From Endomicrobiia bacterium (GTDB lineage Bacteria; Elusimicrobiota; Endomicrobiia; DTEH01), in NCBI GenBank assembly GCA_039630545.1, contig JBCNUU010000006.1, forward strand, positions 17,543-81,542: a stretch of DNA of 64,000 bases, written 5' to 3'. Both the position numbers and the translations under genes were made by a program. The notes beneath the pieces are model-generated. The model saw only the letters and a program-made list of their open reading frames with translations. It made no database searches and was not told the origin of the DNA. Positions 40,226 through 50,576 of the stretch are shown here, in pieces. How positions within the stretch are numbered: position 1 is the first letter of the stretch; the number at the start of each line of letters is the position of its first letter.

Positions 40226-41956
40226 TTACTCTTCTTCAGCAAATGTATTTTTAATTACTTCTTCAACAGTAGTGATACCCGCTAATAATTTTTTTAAAGC
40301 CGCCTCTCTTAATGTTATCATTCCGTTTTTTCTTGCTTGTTGTTTTATCTCAAAATGAGAAGCTTTTTTAAGGATTAAATCCTTTATTGACTCATTGCAA
40401 TCAATCACTTCAAATATTCCTGTTCTTCCTTTATATCCACCTTGACATTTACTACATCCTGTTCCTTTGTAAATAACTATTTCCTTCATATTCTTTACCA
40501 TTTCAGATGTAACACCTAATGGTTGAAGTTGTTGAAGTGAAACCCTATATTGTCTACGACACTCTTTACATATTTTTCTTAAAAGCTTTTGAGACATCAC
40601 AAGTGTTAAAGTTGAAGCTATTAAAAACGGCTCCACACCCATATTTATCAGCCTTGTTACTGCAGAAGCAGCATCATTTGTATGTAGAGTAGCAAAAACT
40701 AAATGTCCAGTTAAAGCTGCGTTAATACCTATTTCAATTGTTTCTTTATCTCTTATTTCTCCTATCATTATTACATCTGGATCTTGCCTTAAAAACGCAC
40801 GCAAAGCAGCAGCAAAAGTAAGTCCAACTTTTTCATTGACATTTACTTGATTTATACCATACATAACCGCTTCAACAGGATCTTCAACTGTCATAATGTT
40901 TACATCTTCAGTGTTTAAAACATTAAGTGCTGAATATAATGTTGTAGTCTTTCCTGAACCAGTAGGACCTGTAACAAGAATCATTCCATAAGGTTGTTTT
41001 ATAGCTTTTTCAAAAAGCCTAAGTTGTTCTTCCTCAAAACCTAATTCTGTTAAAGGTAAAGTAAGTGCCTGTGCGTCTATTATTCTTATACAAACTTTTT
41101 CTCCATGCGCTGCAGGTATAACTGATAAACGAAGATTTATTGGTTTGCCATTATAAGACATCCTGACTCTTCCATCTTGTGGTTTTCTTCTTTCAGTAAT
41201 GTCCATCTTACCCATTATTTTTATTCTTGCCACTACAGAAGGAAGCAATTTTTTAGGTAGAGGTTTTTGATCATGAAAAACACCGTCAATTCTGTACCTT
41301 ATTCTTACTTGTTTTTCCTGGGGTTCAATAAGAATATCAGAAGCATTTAAATTCAATGCTTGTTCTATTATAAAATTTACAGCTTTTACAACTGGAGCAG
41401 CATCTGCTTTAATATCTAATTCAGTGATATCCTGTTCTTCTACTATTTCAGCAGTGCCTGTTTCTATTTCTGTTTCTGCTTTCTTTTCTATTTCTTCTAT
41501 AGACTCTTTTTTCTCATAGTATTTGTTTATCGCTTCCAAAATCTCTTTTTTTCTTGCTACAACAATTTTTATGTTATAAGGAGTAGCCAACTTAAGACTA
41601 TCAAGGGCTATTATATCTAAAGGATCTGACATAGCTACAGTGAGAGTTTTTGTATTTTTGTCAAACTCAACAGGAATAAACTGAAAAGTTTTTACTAATT
41701 TTTCTGAAACTAACTTAAGAGTATCGGTAGGTATTTCATCAATTTCTGAAAGTGAAATGTAAGGAATATTAAACTGTTTAGCTAAAACAGCAAAAAGGAT
41801 TTCTTCGTTAACAAGTCCTTCTTCTATTAACAACTCACCAAGTTTTTTGCCTGTTTTTTTTTGAGTTTCTAACACACTTTGTAGTTGTTCCTGGGTAATT
41901 AGTCCTAATGCTACAAGAAGTTCTCCTAGTTTCTTATGAGGAGTTATTATTTCCAT
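40226..41956 (-). CDS. pilB: PilB/GspE-family assembly ATPase (paralog 2)
   Basis: 576 aa; same architecture, Walker A GPTGSGKTTT, tetracysteine CKECRR...CSKC; clearly paralogous to the downstream copy. Confidence 0.9.
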   Translation of the reverse strand: MEIITPHKKLGELLVALGLITQEQLQSVLETQKKTGKKLGELLIEEGLVNEEILFAVLAKQFNIPYISLSEIDEIPTDTLKLVSEKLVKTFQFIPVEFDKNTKTLTVAMSDPLDIIALDSLKLATPYNIKIVVARKKEILEAINKYYEKKESIEEIEKKAETEIETGTAEIVEEQDITELDIKADAAPVVKAVNFIIEQALNLNASDILIEPQEKQVRIRYRIDGVFHDQKPLPKKLLPSVVARIKIMGKMDITERRKPQDGRVRMSYNGKPINLRLSVIPAAHGEKVCIRIIDAQALTLPLTELGFEEEQLRLFEKAIKQPYGMILVTGPTGSGKTTTLYSALNVLNTEDVNIMTVEDPVEAVMYGINQVNVNEKVGLTFAAALRAFLRQDPDVIMIGEIRDKETIEIGINAALTGHLVFATLHTNDAASAVTRLINMGVEPFLIASTLTLVMSQKLLRKICKECRRQYRVSLQQLQPLGVTSEMVKNMKEIVIYKGTGCSKCQGGYKGRTGIFEVIDCNESIKDLILKKASHFEIKQQARKNGMITLREAALKKLLAGITTVEEVIKNTFAEEE

Positions 41957-41967
41957 AATATGTAACT

Positions 41968-42456
41968 TTATCTTGCAAATCTTTTCTCTACAATCGGAAT
42001 AATATCTTTTGGAACAAAATCTGAAATATCTCCTCCAAAACTTGCTATTTCTTTTATTAAACTAGAGGATAAATAAATCCATCTTATATCTGGCATAAGA
42101 TATATAGTCTCCATTTCAGGAAACATCTTGCGATTTGTTAAAATCATCTGAAATTCATATTCAAAATCACTTAGTGCCCTTAATCCCCTTAATACAGTGT
42201 TACATTTTTTCTTTCTAAGATAATCTACCAACAACCCATCAAAACTATCAATTTCAACTTTTTTATTAAGATTATTTTTTTTAATTATTTTTTTTAGCAT
42301 TTCTATACGCTCTTCAAGCGAAAAAAAAGGTTTTTTTTGAGGATTGTTAAGGATAGCTACTATAATAAAGTCAAAAATTTTACTTGCTCTAAGAATAAGG
42401 TCTACATGTCCATTAGTCGGAGGGTCAAAACTTCCTGGATATACTATTTTTTTCAT
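41968..42456 (-). CDS. coaD: Phosphopantetheine adenylyltransferase
   Basis: 162 aa; YPGSFDPPTNGHVDL (H/TxGH motif). Confidence 0.95.
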   Translation of the reverse strand: MKKIVYPGSFDPPTNGHVDLILRASKIFDFIIVAILNNPQKKPFFSLEERIEMLKKIIKKNNLNKKVEIDSFDGLLVDYLRKKKCNTVLRGLRALSDFEYEFQMILTNRKMFPEMETIYLMPDIRWIYLSSSLIKEIASFGGDISDFVPKDIIPIVEKRFAR

Positions 42457-42488
42457 TAAAATGTAATTATTAAAATTTTACACTTTTT

Positions 42489-43994
42489 TCAAGAATTTTT
42501 ATAATTCTTTAAAAATTTCTGGATCAAAGATATAGCCTGTTTTCTTGTAGAAATCTTACCGAGAATTTGTGCTTCTTTTATCAGATTTAATAGTTTTCCT
42601 ACCAATGGACCTTGAGGAATTTTAAAGATATTCATAATATCATATCCGTTTAATAATTTTGGTAGTGTTAACTTAGCTTTGTAATCTTTATATATATCTA
42701 GTATTTTATTTTCAAAATTTATAAACTCTTTTAAAGACGAAAAATTCTTAAAATATTTTCTTCTTTCTTTAACAGGAATACTTTCATATGAAATTCTATC
42801 TGCAAGAGAAAACACTAATAAAAAATATATATTATCGCCTACATCTTTAAACAATCGAAGATAAGCCCTTTGTGTTAGGTTGTCTTTATTAACACAGAGA
42901 TTTCCTATCCTCATATGATGTTTTATTACATTCAAAATAACCGAAATATCATCGTTACTTAATTTTAGTTCACGTAAGATCTTTTCTGAAATCTCATATG
43001 ATTTTATTTCATGATGAAAGAATCTAACTTTTCCTTTTATTTTTTTAGCAACTAATGGCTTTGCTATATCATGCAACAATGAAATAAACTTTAAAATATA
43101 TTCTTTCCCTCTTATAGCTGAAAAAATTTCTTTATGATGGCAAGGATAATATTTTTTAATATTTAACAAAATTTTTTCTATACTTCTATAAGTAAGTTTT
43201 ACATGTTGCCATAAACCTTCTGGGTGAAAATAAAATTTTTTAAACTGAGTATTTTTACCTTTCTCTTTTATAATTTTTATATCAGGAAAAATTTCTTCTA
43301 ATATTCCATTTTTGTCCATCCATTCTAATACTTTATAGGATTCATTGTTAAATATTTTTTTAATTTCCTCTAAAATTCTTTCTTTTGCAACTTGTTTAAG
43401 GAAAACTTTGGTTTTTTTTATAAGAAGATTTATTTTTTTGTGTGGTTTGAAACCTAATACATAAAATCTTGCTACTCTGATTATTCTTAAGGGGTCTTTT
43501 AAAAAAACATCTTCTTTTACTACTTTTAATACTTTATCTTTTATATCTTTTTTTGCATTAAGTGGGTCTTCTAAGTTACTAAACAAAATTTTAGTATTAA
43601 AAGAAGATAAAAACCTTATAAAGTGCGATAATTTTAAATATAGGGTATTAATGGTAAAATCTCTTCTTTGAATATCTTCTTGTAAATTTTCATAATTAGT
43701 AAAGTCTAAGTTTATAAAGAAGTTAGTTTCTTTTATAACGGTTCTAAAAACTAAATTTTCTTCATCAAGGACAACAAACGGAAGACTGTTTTTAAGTATT
43801 ATTTCTTTTAGTTTTTCTACTGAAAGATTTTTAACTGCTATATCTATATCAAGCTGGTTTTTTGTTTTAAACAGATTTTTATAAATAAACAGATCTCGCA
43901 AAATACCCCCGACAACAAAACAATCCTTAAAATTTTTATCTATAGTAGATAAAAAATTCTTTAACTTATATAAACTCGTAGGTTCCATTTTCAT
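42489..43994 (-). CDS. cca: tRNA nucleotidyltransferase (CCA-adding) / poly(A) polymerase family, with HD domain
   Basis: 501 aa; GGILRD...DIDIA nucleotidyltransferase motif; HD motif LLHDIAKP. Confidence 0.85.
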   Translation of the reverse strand: MKMEPTSLYKLKNFLSTIDKNFKDCFVVGGILRDLFIYKNLFKTKNQLDIDIAVKNLSVEKLKEIILKNSLPFVVLDEENLVFRTVIKETNFFINLDFTNYENLQEDIQRRDFTINTLYLKLSHFIRFLSSFNTKILFSNLEDPLNAKKDIKDKVLKVVKEDVFLKDPLRIIRVARFYVLGFKPHKKINLLIKKTKVFLKQVAKERILEEIKKIFNNESYKVLEWMDKNGILEEIFPDIKIIKEKGKNTQFKKFYFHPEGLWQHVKLTYRSIEKILLNIKKYYPCHHKEIFSAIRGKEYILKFISLLHDIAKPLVAKKIKGKVRFFHHEIKSYEISEKILRELKLSNDDISVILNVIKHHMRIGNLCVNKDNLTQRAYLRLFKDVGDNIYFLLVFSLADRISYESIPVKERRKYFKNFSSLKEFINFENKILDIYKDYKAKLTLPKLLNGYDIMNIFKIPQGPLVGKLLNLIKEAQILGKISTRKQAISLIQKFLKNYKNS

Positions 43995-44688
43995 GTAATA
44001 TTAACAAATTATCACAAAAATATTCAGCTAAATTTTTATCATGGGTTATAAAAATATACGAAAGCTTTAAATTTTCTTTTATCTCATTTAAAAAATTCAA
44101 CATCTGAGCCTGAAGTGCAACATCCATAGCTGAAAGGGGCTCATCTAAAATCAACATTTTTGGATAAAGACATAACACAAGTAAAACAGCAACTCTCTGC
44201 CTTTGTCCTCCAGAAAGTTGGTAAGGATACATATTTAAAATTTCAAAAGGTAACTTCGTAATGGAAAGAAGCTCTTTGGTTTTTAGTTCTATGTCAGAAT
44301 TTTTAAACTTTAAATTGTTAAGTTTGAAATATTGCTTTATTCTTTCTTTTATTAAATAGCCAACAGTAAACTTTGGATTTAACATTGAATATGGATTTTG
44401 AAACAAAAGCTGCACCTTTAATGCAAATTCCTTAAAAGAATACTCATTTATATTTCTACCTTCTATAAAAATCTCTCCCTCATCAGGAGGTTCTATTTTA
44501 GAAATTATTTTAACAAGCGTAGTTTTGCCTACACCGGATGGACCAAGTATACCTAAGGTTTTATTGTATTCTAAATAAAAACTTACATTTGAAAGAATTT
44601 TTTTTCTTAAAATTTCTACATGAAGCAATTGAGAATAAACAGGATATGTCTTACTTAAAGATTTTACTTCTAAAATATTATTTTTCAT
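43966..44688 (-). CDS. oppF: Oligopeptide-type ABC transporter ATP-binding protein (OppF-like); start moved to internal ATG
   Basis: Walker A GPSGVGKTT, LSGGQRQR, Walker B ILDEPLSAMD. Track start 44847 overlaps oppD by 170 nt; MKNNILEVKSL at 44688 preferred. Confidence 0.85.
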   Translation of the reverse strand: MKNNILEVKSLSKTYPVYSQLLHVEILRKKILSNVSFYLEYNKTLGILGPSGVGKTTLVKIISKIEPPDEGEIFIEGRNINEYSFKEFALKVQLLFQNPYSMLNPKFTVGYLIKERIKQYFKLNNLKFKNSDIELKTKELLSITKLPFEILNMYPYQLSGGQRQRVAVLLVLCLYPKMLILDEPLSAMDVALQAQMLNFLNEIKENLKLSYIFITHDKNLAEYFCDNLLILHENGTYEFI

Positions 44689-45703
44689 ATAAGAAACATT
44701 TAATGAAATGTTTGTCTTCAAATGAGTAAAATTCTGGTTTTGAAAGCTCACATTTTTTAATTTTTTTATTACATCTATTATAAAAAATACATCTTTTAAA
44801 AGTAGCCTCGTCTGTAAGATCAGGTAAATCATACGGAATTGTAGCAAGTTTTTGGCCTTTTTTTGTTTTATCTACAGTACATTCTAAAAGTAACATAGTA
44901 TATGGATGCAGCGGCTTTTCAAAAATTTCTTTAGTATAAGAGTATTCAATAATTTCACCAGCGTATAGAATAAAAACATAATCCACATAATTTCTAACGA
45001 GATTTATATCATGGGTAATAAGAATAAAAGTAGAATTGTTTTCAAATACTAATTCATTAAGTAAATCCATAATAACTTCTTTTAAAGAAGCGTCAAGGGA
45101 AGTGGTAGGTTCATCAGCTATTAAAATTTCTGGTTTGTTAACTACAGCAGCTGCTATACAAATTCTTTGAATCTGACCTCCGGATAATTGATGTGGGTAT
45201 TTATTATAGGTTAACTCAGGCTCAGGAAGTTTTACTTTATGAAATATATCAATGACTTTATGATAAACTTCACTTTTTGAAAATTCAAAATGGTTTGTAA
45301 TTACCTCTTCAACCTGTTTACCAACTGGTATTACTGGATTTAAAGCACTAAAGGGATCCTGAAATATCATAGAAATATGATTACCCCTTAAGTGTAGCAT
45401 ATGATTTTCTGAAAGAAGATTATTTTTGTTTTTACTATTTATTATAAAAATCTCTTTACTACAATTACAGGAATCCTTTTGTGGATAAAATTTAATAATA
45501 CCAGAATAGCTTGTGAATTTTTTGTCGTTTAGTAACATTATGGTGTTAGCAAGGGTAGTTTTACCTGAACCTGATTCTCCTACTATTGCTATCTTTTGAG
45601 ATTGAGAAATAGTTAAACTAATATCTCTTAATATAAATAACTTCTTATTGTTTTTAAGTAAAAAACAAACATTTAAATTTTTTATTTCTAAAACATCTTT
45701 CAT
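44678..45703 (-). CDS. oppD: Oligopeptide-type ABC transporter ATP-binding protein (OppD-like)
   Basis: 341 aa; Walker A GESGSGKTT, LSGGQIQR, Walker B LIADEPTTSLD. Confidence 0.9.
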   Translation of the reverse strand: MKDVLEIKNLNVCFLLKNNKKLFILRDISLTISQSQKIAIVGESGSGKTTLANTIMLLNDKKFTSYSGIIKFYPQKDSCNCSKEIFIINSKNKNNLLSENHMLHLRGNHISMIFQDPFSALNPVIPVGKQVEEVITNHFEFSKSEVYHKVIDIFHKVKLPEPELTYNKYPHQLSGGQIQRICIAAAVVNKPEILIADEPTTSLDASLKEVIMDLLNELVFENNSTFILITHDINLVRNYVDYVFILYAGEIIEYSYTKEIFEKPLHPYTMLLLECTVDKTKKGQKLATIPYDLPDLTDEATFKRCIFYNRCNKKIKKCELSKPEFYSFEDKHFIKCFLYEK

Positions 45704-46506
45704 TTTTCTTTAGGGCTAAACATAATTCTAAAACCTTCAGCTAAAAAGTTAAATCCTATAACAGTGAAAAATATTGCAAGTCCTGGAAATAAAGAAAGCC
45801 ACCACGCTATATGAATATAATCCTTCCCAGATGTAAGAATATTTCCCCATGAAGGCTGTGGAGGCTGAACTCCTAAACCTAAAAAAGATAAAGCTGACTC
45901 TGTCAAAATAGCTGAAGCTATACCTAAACTGAATGTTACAAGAATTGGAGCTAAGACATTTGGTAAAATATGAACAAATATTATCTTAAAGGAAGAAAAA
46001 CCTGCAAGTTTACATGAAAGTATAAATTCCATGTTTTTAATTTTTAAAACTTCTGCTCTAACATATCTTGTAAGAGAAGGCCATGAGGTAAGACCTATTA
46101 CTAACATTATGTTATAAACACTTGGTTTGACGAATGCAATTACCAATAAAATAAGAAAAAAAGTTGGAAAACAAAGCATTATATCGACCAACCTCATTAT
46201 TGCAGTATCTATCCAGCCACCATAATAACCACTTAAAAGTCCTAAACAACTTCCTATAATAGTAGCAACTCCTACTGCTATAAAACCAACACTTAAAGAA
46301 ATTTTAGTAGCATGAATCATTCTTGAAAATACATCTCTCCCAAGTTCATCTGTCCCAAAAAAGTGTTTAAAAGATGGTGGTTTTAATCTATTAAGTAAAT
46401 CTTGCTGATAAGGATCATATGGTGAAAAAAACTTAGCAAAAACTGCTATTACAACAAAAAATGAAACTATAATTAACCCGACTATAAAATAAGTATTTCT
46501 TTTCAT
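45700..46506 (-). CDS. oppC: ABC transporter permease (OppC/DppC-like)
   Basis: 268 aa; 6 TM helices, BPD-transporter loop (SESALSFLGLG). Confidence 0.88.
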   Translation of the reverse strand: MKRNTYFIVGLIIVSFFVVIAVFAKFFSPYDPYQQDLLNRLKPPSFKHFFGTDELGRDVFSRMIHATKISLSVGFIAVGVATIIGSCLGLLSGYYGGWIDTAIMRLVDIMLCFPTFFLILLVIAFVKPSVYNIMLVIGLTSWPSLTRYVRAEVLKIKNMEFILSCKLAGFSSFKIIFVHILPNVLAPILVTFSLGIASAILTESALSFLGLGVQPPQPSWGNILTSGKDYIHIAWWLSLFPGLAIFFTVIGFNFLAEGFRIMFSPKEK

Positions 46507-46507
46507 A

Positions 46508-47476
46508 TCACTTATACCTTACTCTTGGATCTACATAGACATAAAGAATATCAGCTAAAAAATTTCCTAATAGTGTAAGAAATGCAGTTATTACGCTTAT
46601 TCCCATTATTAAAGGATAATCTCTTGACATTATAGCCTCATATCCTAGGCGCCCCATTCCTGGATATGCAAAAATTGTTTCAAATATAAAAGCGCCACCG
46701 ATAATTTCTGGCAAAGATAATCCTAAAATTGTTACAACTGGAATAAGAACATTTTTAAAAGCATGTTTAAAAATTACTTTGTTTTTTGGTGTCCCTTTGC
46801 TAATTGCAAATTTTATATAATCACTGTTTAGTTGTTCTATCATAGTTGCTCTTATATATCTTGTAAGTCCAGCTAATCCGCCAAAAGCAGAAATTAACAC
46901 AGGCAAAATTAAATGTTTAATGATATCTATAAATTTTTCTGTAAAACTTAGATATTCAAAATTTACACTTCTTATTCCTGAAATAGGCAAAAGTTTTAAT
47001 TTTATTCCAAAAATTATCATGCATAAAATTGCTAACCAATATTTAGGAATTGAATATCCCAGAAACACAAAAACAGAAATTATTTTATCTAATAATTTAT
47101 TTTGATATACTGCACAGATAACACCCAGAAATATCCCACCAAAAAAAATTAAAAAAAGAGAAGATATATTAAGAACCAATGTAGCTGGAAGTCTTTCTAA
47201 TATTTTTTTTATCACGGGTCTGTCATCTTTGAAAGAATTTCCAAAATCTAATTTAATAAATCGCACAAGCCAATCGAGATATCTTAAATGAAGCGGTTTA
47301 TCTAATCCATAAATTCTGGCAATTTTCTGTTTTGCTTCATAGGTAATTTTTGAACTAAAATCCATCATATCCTGAGGTTTTCCAGGAGATATATTAATAA
47401 CAAAAAAAGTTATAAAACTTATTCCAAAAAATGTAATAATTAAAATCAGTATTCTTTTTAAAACTATCTTAAGCAT
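46508..47476 (-). CDS. oppB: ABC transporter permease (OppB/DppB-like)
   Basis: 322 aa; polytopic, N-terminal MLKIVLKRILILIITFFGISFITFF typical of OppB. Confidence 0.88.
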   Translation of the reverse strand: MLKIVLKRILILIITFFGISFITFFVINISPGKPQDMMDFSSKITYEAKQKIARIYGLDKPLHLRYLDWLVRFIKLDFGNSFKDDRPVIKKILERLPATLVLNISSLFLIFFGGIFLGVICAVYQNKLLDKIISVFVFLGYSIPKYWLAILCMIIFGIKLKLLPISGIRSVNFEYLSFTEKFIDIIKHLILPVLISAFGGLAGLTRYIRATMIEQLNSDYIKFAISKGTPKNKVIFKHAFKNVLIPVVTILGLSLPEIIGGAFIFETIFAYPGMGRLGYEAIMSRDYPLIMGISVITAFLTLLGNFLADILYVYVDPRVRYK

Positions 47477-47582
47477 ATCTTTTTGCCAGATAGAGTTTTC
47501 TTAGTTATTTATTTAAAAACTATAAAAATTAAAAATTTTTTTCTATTGATAAATAAAAAAATTTTTATTAAAATTTTGAACT

Positions 47583-48722
47583 ATGAAAAAATTTTTATGT
47601 TTTACATTTTTTTGTTATTTATTTACAACCTGCTGTACCTTACAAACTACAGAACATAAATCAGAAAATCCTCAAACAAAAAATAAAATAAAAGTAGAAA
47701 AACCAAAATATGTAAGAGGAATACATCTTTCTGCCTGGGTTGCTGGGTTAGACAAATTTAAAAAAAGATTCGAACCATATTTAGGAAAAGAAAAACTAAA
47801 TTCTATTGTAATTGCAATAAAAGAATATGAAGGGCAGGTATATATTGATGTACCAGAAATTAAAAATAAATATAACACACCAATAATTCCAATCCCAAAG
47901 ATTGAAGAATATCTTGAAGAATTAAAATCAAAGGGAATATATCCCATAGCAAGAATAGTTGTATTTAAAGACAACCATTTAGCAAAAAACTTTCCTCACC
48001 TGGCAGTCAAAACTCCAGATGGTAAAATATGGAAAGATTACAAAGGAAACTCATGGACAGATCCTTACAACAAAGAAGTCTGGGACTACAACATTGCGGT
48101 TGCAAAAAGAGCAGTTGAACTTGGATTTGAAGAAATACAGTTTGACTATATAAGATTTCCATCTGACGGTAATACAAAACTTTGCAGATACTCACAACAT
48201 CACACCTCCACCTCAGCTACCAAAGCTCTGGTTGACTTTTTACAATATGCTAAAGAAAAACTCTCGCCAACATTTATTTCTATAGATGTTTTTGGATTAA
48301 CACCCTCAGTAAACCATGATATGGGAATAGGACAGAGGTTTCTTCAAATGGCAGAAGTTGTAGATTTTGTATCACCTATGATGTATCCTTCACATTATAG
48401 AAAAGGAGAATATGGTATTCCTGATCCCAACAGAGAACCCTACAAAACAGTTTTTAGAACAGTTTCTGACGCAAAAAAACTTTTAGCAGAACAATATCAT
48501 AAACTAAGACCGTACTTACAGGATTTTTCTTTGGGCTACAAGTATGGCCCTGAAGAGGTAAAAGCACAAATTAAAGCTTGCTATGATAATGGTATCTTTG
48601 AGTGGCTTTTATGGGATCCTAAATGTTTATATACTTTGGAGGCAATTGAAGAAATGATAAAATTTAAACCTGAAAACTATTCTGTAGAAATGTCTACGAT
48701 TGAATCTCAAAACAATAAATAA
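47583..48722 (+). CDS. Lipoprotein with putative glycoside-hydrolase-like TIM-barrel domain (family not resolved)
   Basis: 379 aa; lipobox-like signal (LFTTCCT); conserved-looking segments YVRGIHLSAW and EIQFDYIRFPSDGN. Confidence 0.55.
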   Translation: MKKFLCFTFFCYLFTTCCTLQTTEHKSENPQTKNKIKVEKPKYVRGIHLSAWVAGLDKFKKRFEPYLGKEKLNSIVIAIKEYEGQVYIDVPEIKNKYNTPIIPIPKIEEYLEELKSKGIYPIARIVVFKDNHLAKNFPHLAVKTPDGKIWKDYKGNSWTDPYNKEVWDYNIAVAKRAVELGFEEIQFDYIRFPSDGNTKLCRYSQHHTSTSATKALVDFLQYAKEKLSPTFISIDVFGLTPSVNHDMGIGQRFLQMAEVVDFVSPMMYPSHYRKGEYGIPDPNREPYKTVFRTVSDAKKLLAEQYHKLRPYLQDFSLGYKYGPEEVKAQIKACYDNGIFEWLLWDPKCLYTLEAIEEMIKFKPENYSVEMSTIESQNNK

Positions 48723-49289
48723 TTAATCTATTAATCTAAACTTATCAATCACTATATATTCTGGACCTTCTGGTTTTAAGATGCTTTGAAAGAATGTAAT
48801 ATGGGTTACTTTGTTTGTTCCAAAAATTTGATTTTTATATTTTTCAATATAATCGACAATTTCATTTATTCTTTTTATTTGTTTAACTCTTGCAATTGTA
48901 AGGTGAGCTGTAAATTCTTTTGTTTCTTTAGGAAAACCCTCTTTTGAAAGCTCACTTTCTATTAAATCTGCAAGGGTTTTAAGTTTGTCTTTGCCTTCTT
49001 TTATTCCTATCCATATAACTCTAGGTGAGTTTATTTTTGGAAAAACTCCTAATCCTTCAAAGGATATATTAAAACTTTCTTTGCTTTGTAGAATTTCTTT
49101 TAAGACATTTTTTACAGTTAAAACCTGTTTTTCGTCAATCTCACCTAAAAACTTCAATGTTATATGAAGGTTTTCTTTTTTTACCCAGGAAATTTTATTT
49201 TTGTCTATTTCACGATAAGTTTTAAATATAAATGTGTCTATTTTCTGCTTGACTTCTTCATCAAGTTCTACAGCTATGAATGTTCTCAT
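48723..49289 (-). CDS. thpR: RNA 2-prime,3-prime-cyclic phosphodiesterase (2H family, ThpR/LigT)
   Basis: 188 aa; two H-x-T/S-x motifs (HITLKF and HLTIAR). Confidence 0.88.
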   Translation of the reverse strand: MRTFIAVELDEEVKQKIDTFIFKTYREIDKNKISWVKKENLHITLKFLGEIDEKQVLTVKNVLKEILQSKESFNISFEGLGVFPKINSPRVIWIGIKEGKDKLKTLADLIESELSKEGFPKETKEFTAHLTIARVKQIKRINEIVDYIEKYKNQIFGTNKVTHITFFQSILKPEGPEYIVIDKFRLID

Positions 49290-49292
49290 ATT

Positions 49293-50561
49293 TTATTTAA
49301 TTGTTTTTCTTAACATATCTAATGCTGCATTTACTGCTTGCTCTTTTACTTCTACTCTTGAACCAAAAAATCTAAAACACTTTGTATTGAAGTTTTTCCC
49401 ATCATATATACAAATCCAAACTGTCCCTATCGGTTTTTCTTTTGTAGCACCTGTTGGACCTGCAATGCCTGAAATAGAAACACAATAGTCAGCATAAGTA
49501 ATGTTTTTAAGTCCAACACACATCTCTTTTACTGTTTCTTCAGAAACAGCTCCATATGTATCTAATGTCTCTTTTTTTACTCCTAAGAGTTTCATCTTTA
49601 AGGCATTTGAATAAGCTACCACTCCTCCTAAAAAATAAAAAGAACTACCTGGAATGTTTGTGATTCTGTTTGCCAAAAGTCCACCTGTACACGACTCTGC
49701 AACAGCAACTGTTTTTTTATGTCTGCCCAAAGATAAACCCACCACCTGCTCCAGGCTAACTTTTCCCTCAGCAAAAACAGCATCCTTGTTGTCTGAGTTT
49801 ATAAAGCAATCATAAATTTCTTTTTTTATGAGTTTTAGTTCTTCATCAACTTTTAGTTCGTCTTCTCCTGAAACAGTTATTACTATATCTACAACATTTA
49901 AATGAGGGAGTATCCCAAAATCAACCTCTGAGGAGTATTTTTTTTGTGTCTCCACAACTGGTTTTATTATTTCTTCAATTTTTGATTCTGGGATATTACA
50001 AACCTTAAGTATTTCTTCTTTTGTAATTTTAGTTTGAAATTTTGTAAGAAAAGGAAACACATACTCATCAAACATCGGTTGAAGTTCTCTTGGAGGACCC
50101 GGTAAGACAAAGATTATTTTTTGCTTTTTATCTTTTTTAGTTATTATTTTTTCTCCTGGAGCATGACCTACTTTATTAAACAAAACTTCAGCTCCCTCTA
50201 CTACATATGCTTGCCTTTCAGCAAGTTTTGGAACTTCTTGATTTTTCTCAATAAAGTGCCTCACTATGTTTTCATATACTTCTTTTATAAAAACTGTTTT
50301 CCTATCTAAAACATAAGCAACGGTTTCTACTGTTATATCGTCAAGTGTAGGACCAATACCACCTGTAATAAAAATAACATCCGATACCTCAATATGATAA
50401 TTTAAAATTTCAGCAAGAGTATCCTTATCATCAGGAACAGTAGAGCAAAAATTAATTTTTAAGCCTATCGATGATAGTTTTTTTGCAATATAAAAAAGGT
50501 TAGTGTTTGGTTTTTCTTTTAACAATTCAGAGCCTGTTGAGATAACTGAAATTTTAACCAT
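49293..50561 (-). CDS. cinA: CinA (MoCF-binding domain plus NMN deamidase domain)
   Basis: 422 aa; N-terminal ISTGSELL...ITGGIGPTLDDIT, C-terminal CinA domain AESCTGGLLANRIT. Confidence 0.92.
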   Translation of the reverse strand: MVKISVISTGSELLKEKPNTNLFYIAKKLSSIGLKINFCSTVPDDKDTLAEILNYHIEVSDVIFITGGIGPTLDDITVETVAYVLDRKTVFIKEVYENIVRHFIEKNQEVPKLAERQAYVVEGAEVLFNKVGHAPGEKIITKKDKKQKIIFVLPGPPRELQPMFDEYVFPFLTKFQTKITKEEILKVCNIPESKIEEIIKPVVETQKKYSSEVDFGILPHLNVVDIVITVSGEDELKVDEELKLIKKEIYDCFINSDNKDAVFAEGKVSLEQVVGLSLGRHKKTVAVAESCTGGLLANRITNIPGSSFYFLGGVVAYSNALKMKLLGVKKETLDTYGAVSEETVKEMCVGLKNITYADYCVSISGIAGPTGATKEKPIGTVWICIYDGKNFNTKCFRFFGSRVEVKEQAVNAALDMLRKTIK

Positions 50562-50576
50562 ATTAATTAAAAATTT

